Assembly: GCF_006345805.1 (NCBI RefSeq)
Contig: NW_021827561.1
Location: 1 to 27,651, forward strand
Reading direction: 5' to 3'
From: Octopus sinensis
Lineage: Eukaryota
Length of the DNA stretch: 27,651 nucleotides
Shown here: positions 10,473 to 20,679 of the stretch, in pieces
How positions within the stretch are numbered: the stretch's first letter is position 1
How the letters are laid out: each line of letters begins with the position of its first letter
The notes under the pieces: model-generated
Seen by the model: only the letters and a program-made list of their open reading frames with translations
Told to the model about the DNA's origin: nothing
Database searches by the model: none
Program-made: the position numbers and the translations under genes

Positions 10473-10945
10473 TACGTATTAATGTGTTTGTATATATGTA
10501 TGTATGTATGAATTTAAATCTTTCTTTTGCATACCTACATCCATACATACATAAATACATATAGATATACATATTTATAGTCATGCATACACACATAAAT
10601 ACATACATAAATACACACGTACGTACATACATACATACATAAATACATTAACCAGCCTGTATAGCATACAATTTTGAAAAATATGAACTACAAAGTTGAT
10701 GCGTGAATCTCAAAGACATTCTACCATCACCACCACCACCACCACCACCAGTACTAAAACTGCTACTGCTGCTGCTGCTGCTACTACTACTACTAATGTG
10801 GTTCAAGCTTTATAAAGTGTAACAGTTTGGTAAAATATCAACACTGCAAAAATTGGTACCTGTGTCTCCAAGACACTACTACTACTACGACTACTACCAC
10901 CACCACCACAACCACACCCACCACCACCACTACCACTACCACCCC
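10320..10945. repeat. Compound microsatellites (TATG, TA, ACAT, CAC, CTG, CTA)
   Basis: Directly visible, interrupted. Confidence 0.85.
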
Positions 10946-11314
10946 TAATGAGTTTCTATGAATTACTATGATACAGAATTGCTTGAGATTTGCCAAAAGA
11001 GGTAATAATTGAGATTAAAAGAATAAATATGCTAATTAAGGCGTTTGAAGTATTTGTCTGGAAGTCAAATAAAAAAAGATGGATGTCTCTCTTTTTTGCT
11101 TTTCTTTTTTTTTTTTTGTCTTCGAAAGTCTCTGAGTTTCCACGAAATTCTTCTTAGTTAATCTATTGAATGTTGTTGAAGGATATTTTGTAAATTCTTC
11201 CACAGCTTCTGACTTCAAATCCGCTACAAAGTTGTCGCATTTGTTGCTTTTAATGGCTAATGCGCGACACTAGTGTGATCCAGTCTTCCAGCAGCAGCCT
11301 GCCATTTTTCTTCT

Positions 11315-11353
<39 letters not shown>

Positions 11354-11519
11354 TTCATTTATTTATTTAGTTTTTGAAAAGAAATAATGGCACTATAAAT
11401 GGTGGCATTTAAACCTATGACTACGATGAATCAGGAACTCACGAGAGAAGAGATGAAGGGATGAAATCTGAAAGGCTTTCAACAAGAACTGAAGTTTGGA
11501 TGTCATACTGATTCTACCA

Positions 11520-11650
11520 GAGAATTATGTTAAGAGTATATGTGGCCCTGCGGAGTACTCAGCCACTTGCACGTTAATCCTGTTAGTTGAGGAGCAGGTA
11601 ATTCACCTGATCGAACAACTAAATTCACTTCATCGAACGACAGAAGAACC
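11520..11650 (+). mobile_element. SINE family C central/3' fragment
   Basis: agaattatgttaagagtata...ggagtactcagccacttgcacgttaat...gagcagg aligns with 20323-20400. Confidence 0.75.
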
Positions 11651-11660
11651 CCCCACCACC

Positions 11661-11907
11661 GTGTGTGGCTGTGTGGTAAGAAGCTTGCTTCCCAGCCACA
11701 TGGTTCCGAGTTCAGCCCCACTGCGTGGCACCTTGAGCAGTTATCGTCTACTATAGTATCGGGCTGACCAAAGCCTTACGGTTTGAATAAGCACCAAGTT
11801 GTCAAAATGTAAGTACTGGGGTCGATTCTGTCGACTAATGAGTTATTGAAGGCGGTGCACCAGCATGGCCGCAGTCTAATGACCAAAACGAGTAAAAGAT
11901 AAAAGAT
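11661..11907 (+). mobile_element. SINE family A head joined to an A-type tail (middle missing)
   Basis: Head and CORE-like part at 11661-11777, about 33 bp of unrelated sequence, then tail aagtactggggtcgat...ggcggtgcaccagcatggccgcagtc at 11811-11907. Confidence 0.85.
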
Positions 11908-12408
11908 TATATACAAATATATATATATATATTTATATTTATATCTGAGTGTGTGTGTGTGTGTGTTTTCACATGTATATATACACTTAATTTGGGGTTT
12001 GAAAATGCACCTGAATTTGAAAACCGTGTAGTTATTTTTAAATAGATTTATTCTTATACATACCAAACTAGCTTCAACTAATTTTTTTATTTATCAATGG
12101 TACAAATATATATATATAAAACAATGGGTTTTTAACAGAATTTAAAATTACGATGTAGAAACTGGATGAACATGTTTAAACGATAAAATGATCAAATAAA
12201 ATTCAATGAGTTTCACAGGGATAGATAATATCAAAGTAAATGCTCGGCGAAGAATATAAGAAATGTACGTTATTGAAAGTTCGGTCATATTGAGTACTTA
12301 CAGAATACGTGGACAAGAGAGAGAAGAAAAAAGGAAGAGAGTAAAAAAGTTCTTTCTACAATTTCTGTTCTTCTGTAGTTCTTATTTTTTCTTCAGCTAT
12401 TTTTTTTT

Positions 12409-12624
12409 CTTTTCTTTTACTTGTTTCAGTAATTTGACTGCAGCCATGTTGGAGCACCGTCTTTAGTCGAACAATTCGACCCCAGGACTAATAGTTTGTA
12501 AGCCTAATACTTATTCTATCAGTGTCTTTTGCCGAACCGATAAGTTATGGGGACGTAAACACACTAGTATCGGTTGTCAAGCGATGGTAGGGGAACAAAC
12601 ACAGACACACAAATACATAATACA

Positions 12625-12658
<34 letters not shown>

Positions 12659-12853
12659 CATACATACATACATACATACCTATATGCACACGACGGGCTT
12701 CTTTCTGTTTCCATCTGTCAATTCCACTCATAAGACCTTGTTCTGACCGAGACTGTAGTAGAAGACACTTGCTCAAGGTGCCACGCAGTGGGACTGAACA
12801 CAGAACTACGTGGTTGACAAACAAGCTTCTTACCACACAGCCACTCCTACGCC
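12409..12853 (-). mobile_element. SINE family A, full length, internal (TATG)n
   Basis: Ends with ccacacagccactcctacgcc, the reverse complement of the head. Confidence 0.92.
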
Positions 12854-12981
12854 TATTTGAACACAAAATTTTTATTTAAGGCGAATAAAAATATTTATTT
12901 TTTAAAAAATCAGTATATCTTTATGGAATTTGGCACCACAAATTCTTACAAAGATATTGTCCGAATGAAACCGTTATCAGT

Positions 12982-13355
12982 CTACATTACTGTTTGGATA
13001 CGGCTTTTGGAACGACTAAATACGTTGATCGGGTGATCTTTATTGAGGTTTGATATAACGTCCCCAATAGCGAACATCAACGAATCCTTCATCGACCAAC
13101 ACTCCGATGGGCCCTGATGCATGTTAGTTCTCCAATGAGAAAATGTTGCTAACTCTTTCTCCCCATGATCCGTCTCACAGCACAACATAGAAGAATGAAA
13201 TCCACCGCTGTTCTCACATCGACTCTGTAAGCATGTAATGTCAATTATGGTGGTGTTTGGACTCAGATCGCAGAGAGCTGGAACAAAACCGCAAAGTATT
13301 ATATCCTACTCTCTAATAATGCTACCAATTCACCATCGATTAATTTCTCTTCCAC
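12982..13355 (-). other. Candidate exon-like unique segment
   Basis: Acceptor-like ttttatacttattttgcag|G at 13355. One frame reads VEEKLIDGELVALLESRI*; another is open for 107 codons (13305-12982, 7 Cys). No domain recognised. Confidence 0.25.
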
Positions 13356-13530
13356 CTGCAAAATAAGTATAAAATATTTTTATGTTCTTGATGTCATAAG
13401 GATTTTATAAACTTTCGAGAGAACGTAAAATAATTATCTTTTGGAACTGTGGATCTCGAAACATATAAAGCTATAAATAATACGATTTTTCAACCTAATA
13501 TTCGTACATATTATTATTTATATCCTTATT

Positions 13531-13763
13531 AAGGCGGTGAGCTGGCAGAATTTTTAGCATGCCAGCCAAAATGCTTAGCGGGATTTCGTCTGCCGTTACG
13601 TTCTGAGTTCAAATTCTGCCGAGGTCGACTTTGCCTTTCATCCTTTCGGGTCGATTAAATAAGTACCAGTTACGCACTGGGGTCGATATAATCGACTTAA
13701 TCCGTTTGTCTGTCCTTGTTTGTCATCTTTGTGTTTAGCCCCTTGTGGGTAGTAAAGAAATAG
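13531..13763 (+). mobile_element. SINE family B, full length, well preserved
   Basis: aaggcggtgagctggcagaa...gttctgagttcaaattctgccgaggtcgactttgcctttcatcctttcgggtcgat...agccccttgtgggtagtaaagaaatag. Confidence 0.92.
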
Positions 13764-13921
13764 GTATTTCGTCTGTTTTTATGTTCTGAGTTTAAATTCC
13801 ACCGAGGTCAACTTGGTCTTCCATCCTTTCCGGTTCGATAAAATAAATACCAGTTGAGTACTGGAGTTGATCTAATCGACAATCGCCCTCCACCAAATTT
13901 CAGGCTTTGTGCCTATAGTAG
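13762..13921 (+). mobile_element. SINE family B, headless second copy with a different 3' tail
   Basis: ggtatttcgtctg...gttctgagtttt...tail ccctccaccaaatttcaggctttgtgcctatagtag. Confidence 0.85.
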
Positions 13922-14379
13922 ACAACATATATTGTGGTCTATCAGCGCCATCTTTAAATTCTATATTTCCAATTTTTACATTGGTAATTCGTTTTGTAGT
14001 CAATTTGATTCACACGTTTTCACTGATACTAATTATTTTATGAAGGAGGGATGCTTGTAAAAGTAAAGCATATCCTGCCACCATTTAACAAGAACTAAAT
14101 AGTAGATTCGGAGGAATATGAAGATGGTCGTAAGGCGATGGTTCGTCAAGGAGGTTGTAACCAGAAGAACGCGAAATATCATGTGTTATATCTCGCTCGC
14201 TTAATAGATGCGCACACATGAAGTATGGCTGCATCTGAAACCAAGACAAGGTGAAAAAAACGGCTTAAACAGAGAAGACATTTCCGAAAGTATTTGAATT
14301 ACAGAAGTAATAAAAAAAAAAGAACCGCCATCAAAGACTATCGCGAAGAAAACATTAATCCATTTAGCATTCTGCCAAA

Positions 14380-14500
14380 CACACACACACTCTCTCTCTC
14401 TCTCCCTCTCTCTCTCTCTCACACATACACCTCTTCCTCTCTCTCTTTCTCTCTTACTCTTTCTCTTTCACTCTCTTTCTGCCTCTCTATTTCACAATCA

Positions 14501-14544
<44 letters not shown>

Positions 14545-14769
14545 GAGAACAATAATTCTGTGAGTGGAATCTTTGCTCTCTTTATCCATCTTTCTTTCCT
14601 TCATCCTTTTACTTTCTCTCTCTCCCTCTCCCTCTCTCTCTTTCTCTCTCTGTCGCTCTTTCTCTCTGTCTCTCTTTCTCCCTCACCCTATCTCTCTCTT
14701 TCTCTCTCTGTCGCTCTTTCTCTCTGTCTCTCTTTCTCCTCACCCTCTCTCTCTCTTTCTCTCTCTCTC

Positions 14770-14800
<31 letters not shown>

Positions 14801-14830
14801 AACACACACACATACACAGACATACACACC
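14380..14830. repeat. (CT)n/(ATCT)n/(CA)n compound microsatellite
   Basis: Directly visible. Confidence 0.95.
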
Positions 14831-14951
14831 GACATCACCAGCAGCATTCGGATTTTGAAAAACGCTATCTTATCTGATTTTAAAAAAGAATTACTTTTCT
14901 GATTTAAAACACTTATCTGATTTCCATAAATAATTTAAACTCAATATTACA

Positions 14952-14983
14952 CTGATGAAATCAAATTGAGATCGAAATAAGTA
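14952..14983 (+). ncRNA. Weak hammerhead-like remnant
   Basis: CTGATGA-aATC-aaattga-GATC-GAAAt-aa-GTA. Core order is correct, G10.1 is changed to A and stem I is absent. Confidence 0.3.
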
Positions 14984-15061
14984 CATGCGATTGGATTTTT
15001 TTTAATTACTTTTATTACTACGAAAACGGTGAACCGGCAAAATCTTAAGAGCATAGGAATA

Positions 15062-15240
15062 GATACTTTTGCAGTGTTTATTCTTACTCTACATTCGGAG
15101 TTCAAATTTCGCTCTGGTCAATTTTGCTTTCGATCCTTTCGAAGTCGAGAAAAATGAAATATTATTCAAATACCGATGTCAATGGTATCGACAACCCTCC
15201 TCCGAAAACTGCTGACTTAGTCCCTAAATTGGTTTCAAAT
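15062..15240 (+). mobile_element. SINE family B, degenerate
   Basis: ggagttcaaatttcg...ttttgctttcgatcctttcgaagtcga...atcgacaaccctcctccgaaaactgctg. Confidence 0.7.
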
Positions 15241-15447
15241 TTTGGTACAATGCCAGCAATTACAGGGAAGGGAGTAGTAAGTCGATTACATCGACCCCGG
15301 CGCTCAACTGGTACTCATTTTATTGACTCCGAAAGGATGAAAAGCAAAGTCGGCTTCGGTGGAATTTGAACTCAGGACATAAAGACGGACGAAATGCTGG
15401 TAAGCATTTTTCTCGGCGTGCAAATGCTTCTGCCAATTCGCCGCCTT
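15241..15447 (-). mobile_element. SINE family B
   Basis: Ends with ttctgccaattcgccgcctt, the reverse complement of the head. Confidence 0.88.
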
Positions 15448-15474
15448 GGCTTGCTGCCTAAACCAGAAATTATT

Positions 15475-15835
15475 AAGGGCAGTGAATTAGAAGAAATGTT
15501 AAATCCCCGGAAAAGTGCCTTGTATTTGTTCCAGCTCTTCATGTTTTGGGTTCAATTCCTGCCATGGTTAACTTTACATTTTGTTGCTTCCGGAACCGAT
15601 AAAACAAAGTATCAATCAACTACGGAGATTGATGATGCCGACTAACGCCTTCCCACCAAATTTCAGACCTTGTACCTATATTAGAAACAAATACTAAGGG
15701 CTATGGATTGGCAGGTCAGTTAGAACATCGAAGAAAATGCTTAGCAGCCTTTGTTCCTGCTCTTTACGTTCTGAGTTCAAATTCCACTAGAATTCCACTT
15801 GACCTTCGGAGTTAACAAAATAATGTACCAATCTA
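15475..15835 (+). mobile_element. Two tandem degenerate SINE family B copies (15475-15690 and 15696-15835)
   Basis: Degenerate heads aagggcagtgaattag and ggctatggattggcag, B-box-like gggttcaattcc and gagttcaaattcc, and a B-type tail. Confidence 0.65.
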
Positions 15836-15953
15836 CTACTGGTAGTTTCCTTGGTCCCTCGGCTTCATAAACCGGGTAACCGGCTTCATAGGATAAAAGC
15901 GGCTGATATCACAATATTCCCACGGAAAGGGACATCGATCCATTGCAGGGTTC

Positions 15954-16225
15954 AAGGCCCACAATTTTTAGGGGAAGCAGTCGATGACATCGACCCTAGA
16001 GTTTAAGTGGTACTTTATGTTATCGACCTCCCAAGGGATATGAGACAGAGTTGACAACGGCAGTATTTGAACTCACATCGTAAATAGCCGGAGGATATGA
16101 GGCTATAGCATTTTGTCTGACGTACTAAGGATTTCGCCACTTTACACCAGTATTTCACTGCTACTTAATCTATCGAATCTAAGAAGGTGAAATGCTAAGT
16201 CTAGCTCAGGCGAATTTGGGATCAA
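15954..16225 (-). mobile_element. Degenerate SINE family B (15954-16148) plus fragment (16149-16225)
   Basis: cagtcgatgacatcgaccc...ttatcgacc...atttgaactcac and a second tatcga..aaggtgaaatgc..ggcgaatttg. Confidence 0.7.
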
Positions 16226-16302
16226 ACCTCATACTTACTAAACTCAATAACCACGAGATATATTGCCCATAGTTCTTCTGAATCTGTCATTTTATATATA
16301 TT

Positions 16303-16395
<93 letters not shown>

Positions 16396-16409
16396 ATGTA
16401 TGTATGTAT

Positions 16410-16630
16410 GGAGTGGCTGTGTGGTAAGTAGCTTGCTTACGAACCACATGGTTCCGGGTTCAGTTCCACTGCGTGGCACCTTGGGCAAGTGTCTTCTACT
16501 ATAGCCTCGGTCCGACCAAAGCCTTGTGATTGGATTTGGTAGACGGAAACTGAAAGAAGCCCGTCGTATATATGTATATACATGAGTATGTGTGTGTATG
16601 TGTTTGTGTGTCTGTGTTTGTCCCCCCAAC
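16410..16630 (+). mobile_element. SINE family A, 3'-truncated, well-preserved head
   Basis: ggagtggctgtgtggtaagtagcttgcttacgaaccacatggttccgggttcagttccactgcgtggcaccttgggcaagtg; preceded by (TG)n(TATG)n. Confidence 0.92.
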
Positions 16631-16877
16631 ATTTATATATATATATTTACTTTTATGTATAATTTTACCCTCACGGGCTATTCTTTACTGGAAAGCAATA
16701 CTCTTGTATTGCATTACTATTTTCATATATATATATATACTATGAGGATACTTAAACCTCTTATCGGGATAGTTCTATCCAAGGTATCCTGGTTTTAATT
16801 TAATATATTATATTTTCAAGGGATACTTCTTCAATAAGTATATTATAAAACATCAAATAATACTAATAAGTTAGAAG

Positions 16878-17127
16878 ATGGAGAGATTCAATGGATATAA
16901 ATTGATTTGTTAATTAATTAACGTTCCCTACAATTGTTTCAGTTCGCACCCAATTTAAATTCCAAAACATATATAAGTCTGCATTTTGAGTACCCCGGGT
17001 GGAAGATCTTCAGCGCAAAATGGATATTACAGAGTTTACATTTTGATCAATTAAAATACACCGCAGACTCTGTTGGAGTAGCCAATGTTAAATAATCAAT
17101 AAATTTATATCCATTGAATCTCTCCAT
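16878..17127 (-). mobile_element. 250-bp unit with perfect 26-bp terminal inverted repeats containing a hammerhead-like motif (Penelope-derived?)
   Basis: atggagagattcaatggatataaatt (16878-16903) is the reverse complement of 17102-17127. The left part is homologous to 3496-3560. Confidence 0.7.
16924..17018 (-). ncRNA. Hammerhead-ribozyme-like motif with long stem II
   Basis: Minus strand: CTGAAGA-T-c-TTC-CACCC...CAAAA...TTTTG...GGGTG-c-GAA-c-T-GAAAC-AATT-GTA-gggaa. Confidence 0.65.
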
Positions 17128-17143
17128 TGTCAAACCTATTAAC

Positions 17144-17177
<34 letters not shown>

Positions 17178-17178
<1 letters not shown>

Positions 17179-17401
17179 TCTTTTACTTGTTTACTTGTTT
17201 CAGTCATTTGACTGTGGCCACACTGGAGCACCACCTTTAGTCGAGCAAATCGACCCCAGGACTTATTCTTTGTAAGCCTAGTACTTGTTCTATCTGTCTC
17301 TTTTGCCGAACCGTTACGTTACGGGGACGTAAACACACCAGCATCGGTTGTCAAGCGATGTTGGGGGGGGGCAAACACAGACACAAACACACACACACAC
17401 A

Positions 17402-17459
<58 letters not shown>

Positions 17460-17564
17460 ACGGGCCTCTTTCAGTTTCCGTCTACCAAATCCACTCACAA
17501 GGCTTTGGTCGGCCCGAGGCTATAGTAGAAGACACTTGCCCAAGGTGCCACGCAGTAGGACTGA
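17178..17564 (-). mobile_element. SINE family A lacking the 5' part of the head
   Basis: Tail, internal (TA)n/(CA)n and CORE-like segment are present; similarity ends at the B box. Confidence 0.92.
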
Positions 17565-17789
17565 GCGCACACACGTGCACACACACACGCACACAGACAC
17601 ACACACAGACAAAGACAGACCGACAGACAGTCGATCACATAGTTGAACGTGATTCTTCCGATGCAAAGAACAATATTGAATAAAAAGTAATAATAACGAA
17701 ATAATATTAATAGACAAAGTTCAAAACACCAAGATTGGATGGAATAAAAATATATATATATAACAATAAACAACTTTTAAAATTACGAA

Positions 17790-17809
17790 TAATAATAATA
17801 ATAATAATA

Positions 17810-17865
<56 letters not shown>

Positions 17866-17877
17866 GTAATAACAATA

Positions 17878-17915
<38 letters not shown>
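17790..17915. repeat. (AAT)n-(GAT)n microsatellite
   Basis: Directly visible. Confidence 0.95.
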
Positions 17916-18251
17916 AATTGTCGGTAAGATTAAACCTAGCGGAAGTACATTAAAAGAAGGAGAAAATAGAAGCTTACGACTGAACACTAAAATGTGTTTA
18001 AAACCTGCAGCTTTGTTACTTTTATTATTTCGTGAGAAACGACAGAAACGGATGTTTGGTCTGAGTTATTTGACGTTGTAATTTCTTTTTGGGAAAATAT
18101 TTCAATATATTTGTGGCACGGTTGAAATATGGATGGATTTTCTTTTCTTTTCTTTTTAAAGTCATCAATTTATTTTAATTGAAGTTATTGCTACAGTTGT
18201 TGTTGTCCCAAACATTACCATCATCATCATCATCATCATCATTATCATCAA

Positions 18252-18510
18252 CTCCTTACATTACTGTCTCGAGACGTCGGACTCATAGACGGTTGGCCTC
18301 TTTCCGTGACTGAGATCGCAACGTCCCTCTCAACAGGTTGTACCAGTCTGTCACGGAGTTACTCATTTACAGCTGTGTGAACTGAGCAACGTGAAACGAA
18401 GTGTTCTGCTAAAAAAAAAAAAAAATACGACGCACTGCCCTGTCCGGGATTCGAAACCATGATCACAAGATCGTGAGCGCAACACCCTTACCATTAGACC
18501 AGGCACCGCC
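18252..18510 (-). mobile_element. SINE family D (tRNA-derived head)
   Basis: Minus strand: GGCGGTGCCTGGTCTAATGGTAAGGGTGTTGCGCTCACGATC...GGTTTCGAATCCCGGACAGGGC (A and B boxes), then a SINE-type body agaacacttc..cagctgtaaatgagtaac. Confidence 0.75.
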
Positions 18511-18945
18511 CACTGTTTCATTTTCCTATTCAGATGTGTCCAAACTTATCTTGATTCAAAATTCATATAATTTTGGTCGATTGAATAACAGCATGCTTCA
18601 TCTTCAAGACCCTACCTTCCCTCCTAAGTTCAGATGCCCACTTTTGCACAGTTGAGGAATCTGGAGCGGCATCCCCAAATGTGGGCAACTATGTCAGCAT
18701 GCATGTGCTTGGGAGCTACACCCTTTTTATGTAGGTACTTGATAACATCACAATGCCAAATTTTATCCATTTTCAAGAGAAGTCGCTGCAAGTTAGTTTT
18801 TCAGTCTTCTTTGAATGATGTGAGTTTACCTGAAAAGAAACAACACAGTTATTAATAAGAAATGTTGAAATTAATGCATGCAAGATTTCCCAAATCTAGC
18901 ATCAGTCCTTCATAGTCAGCCTGTGAACTTTTCAATCCACAGTTG
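18511..18945 (-). mobile_element. Mariner (Tc1/mariner) 5' remnant
   Basis: 5' TIR-like TA|caactgtggattgaaaagttcacaggctgac. From ATG at 18770: MDKIWHCDVIKYLHKKGVAPKHMHADIVA, then after a frameshift GDAAPDSSTVQKWASELRR..LEDE, a mariner HTH N-terminus. The catalytic domain is absent. Confidence 0.88.
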
Positions 18946-19167
18946 TATTTTTAATCAATACCCTTGTTGCTCTGTTGAAATCGTGTTAAATAACGTTTGA
19001 ATATTCATACATCAAAATATATAGTGTGGTCCTAGCAGAGTATATTTGTTATTCATCTGACTAATTTGACTGGGTTTCGGTGAAATTTTATTACGGTCAA
19101 CATGTCAGATTCTGTTGCTCAGAAATACATTAACTGAAAAACATTCAATGCATACATGTAAATCTCG

Positions 19168-19213
19168 CAGGACCTGTAAAGTTTATGGGCCACCACAAAC
19201 TTTACACGTCCTG
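19168..19213. repeat. Hairpin with 21-bp arms (19/21) and 4-nt loop
   Basis: caggacctgtaaagtttatgg-gcca-ccacaaactttacacgtcctg. Confidence 0.85.
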
Positions 19214-19496
19214 TCAGACTAAGAAGTTTGAATCGCTCCGGTGGGTACCATAAACTCCAGGAGGTGAACGTCGGCGAAAGGCAAAAATATAAATAAATAC
19301 AGGAAATGCGGGACGGATTTTTGAGATTGAGTCCCGCTGTTTATAACAGTAGACTGCTAAATTTGCCAAGATCAAGACGGTGTCGTTAACTCGCGGACAG
19401 ACGTGAGCAATAAAGCCCTTTTTTTTTTCTTGAATAGCGTAGCTCAGAGTCGTCTAGGTTCCTACACAGGTCTAGACAAAGCTTAATGAAGACTAC

Positions 19497-19931
19497 ATAG
19501 GCGTAGGAGTGACTGTGTGGTAAATATAGGCGTAGGAATGGCTGTGTGGTAAGTAGCTTGCTTACGAACCACATGTTTCCGGGTTCAGTCCCACTGCGTG
19601 GCACCTTGGGCAAGTGTCTTCTACTATAGTCTCGGGCTAACCAAAGCCTTGTGAGTGGATTTGGTTGACGGAAACTGAAAGAAGCCTGTCGTATATATGC
19701 ATATACATATATATGTGTGTGTGTGTATATGTTTGTGTGTCTGTGTTTGTTTCCCCAACATCGCTTGACAACCGATGCTGGTGTGTTTACGTCCCCGTAA
19801 CTTAGCGGTTCGGCAAAATAGATCGATAGAATAAGTACTAGGCTTACAAAGAATAAGTCCTGGGGTCGATTTGCTCGACTAAAGGCGGTGCTCCAGCATG
19901 GTCAGTCAAACGGCTGTAACAAGTAAAAGAG
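19497..19931 (+). mobile_element. SINE family A, full length, with tandemly duplicated 29-bp 5' end
   Basis: ataggcgtaggagtgactgtgtggtaaat followed directly by ataggcgtaggaatggctgtgtggtaagt. Confidence 0.93.
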
Positions 19932-20106
19932 TAGTTGCTCATCTAACAAGCTTCTCTTCTCCCTGCCATCGATTTTATCGGGGGGTGGGGGGAAGGCAAG
20001 ATCAACTTGATACCATTTTCGCTGCAGATGAATTAAAAATGCAAAGTCAGAACAAATGCCATAAGGTATCTAGGAGTACATTAATCAAACGTGTCCTTCT
20101 TTTTAA

Positions 20107-20450
20107 GGAGGCGCAATGGCCCAGTGGTTAGGGCAGCGGACTCGCGGTCGTAGGATCGCGGTTTCGATTCCCAGACCGGGCGTTGTGAGTAGTTTATTGA
20201 GCGAAAACACCTAAAGCTACTCTTTCATCACAACTTTCTCTCACTCTTACTTCCTGTTTCTGTTGTACATGTATTTCAAAGGGCCAGCCTTGTCATTCTC
20301 TGTGTCACGCTGAATATCCCCGAGAACTACATTAAGGGTACACGTGTCTGTGGAGTGCTCAGCCACTTACACGTTAATTTCACGAGCAGGCTGTTCTGTT
20401 GATCGGATCAACCGGAACCCTCGTCGTCGTAACCGACGGAGTGCTTCCAT
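20107..20450 (+). mobile_element. SINE family C, near full length
   Basis: tRNA-like head GGAGGCGCAATGGCCCAGTGGTTAGGGCAGCGGACTCGCGGTCGTAGGATCGCGGTTTCGATTCCCAGACC; other copies at 27385-27603 and 11520-11650. Confidence 0.9.
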
Positions 20451-20679
20451 CCCTTCTTTTAAGAGAGTAACGTAGTATTTGAAGCAGATTTGGTAACTAC
20501 TTCTAGGAAAGTCGGTGACCACATAGAGGCATCTTGTTCATTCCTCAACCGGGATGTTAAACCGGACGATGTGTTGGATCTAAAATTCTTCTTCCACTTC
20601 ACTTGATACAAGAACATCGCAGTGATGTGTTTGCAAGAATTATGCATAATTTACGTTTTTGCAAAGAAAATACTCTTGC

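Noticed and set aside
11036-11260. Minus frame AIKSNKCDNFVADLKSEAVEEFTKYPSTTFNRL, vaguely HTH-like
   Set aside because: Short, bounded by a stop, and without a recognisable motif.
19060-19112. Minus-strand ACC-GAAAC-CCA-GTC resembling the 1.37-kb hammerhead
   Set aside because: The CUGANGA box is too degenerate and there is no stem I.
20107-20180. tRNA gene (also heads at 18440-18510, 27530-27603 and the family A/B heads)
   Set aside because: A and B boxes are present but the cloverleaf is imperfect and the heads continue into repeated SINE bodies.
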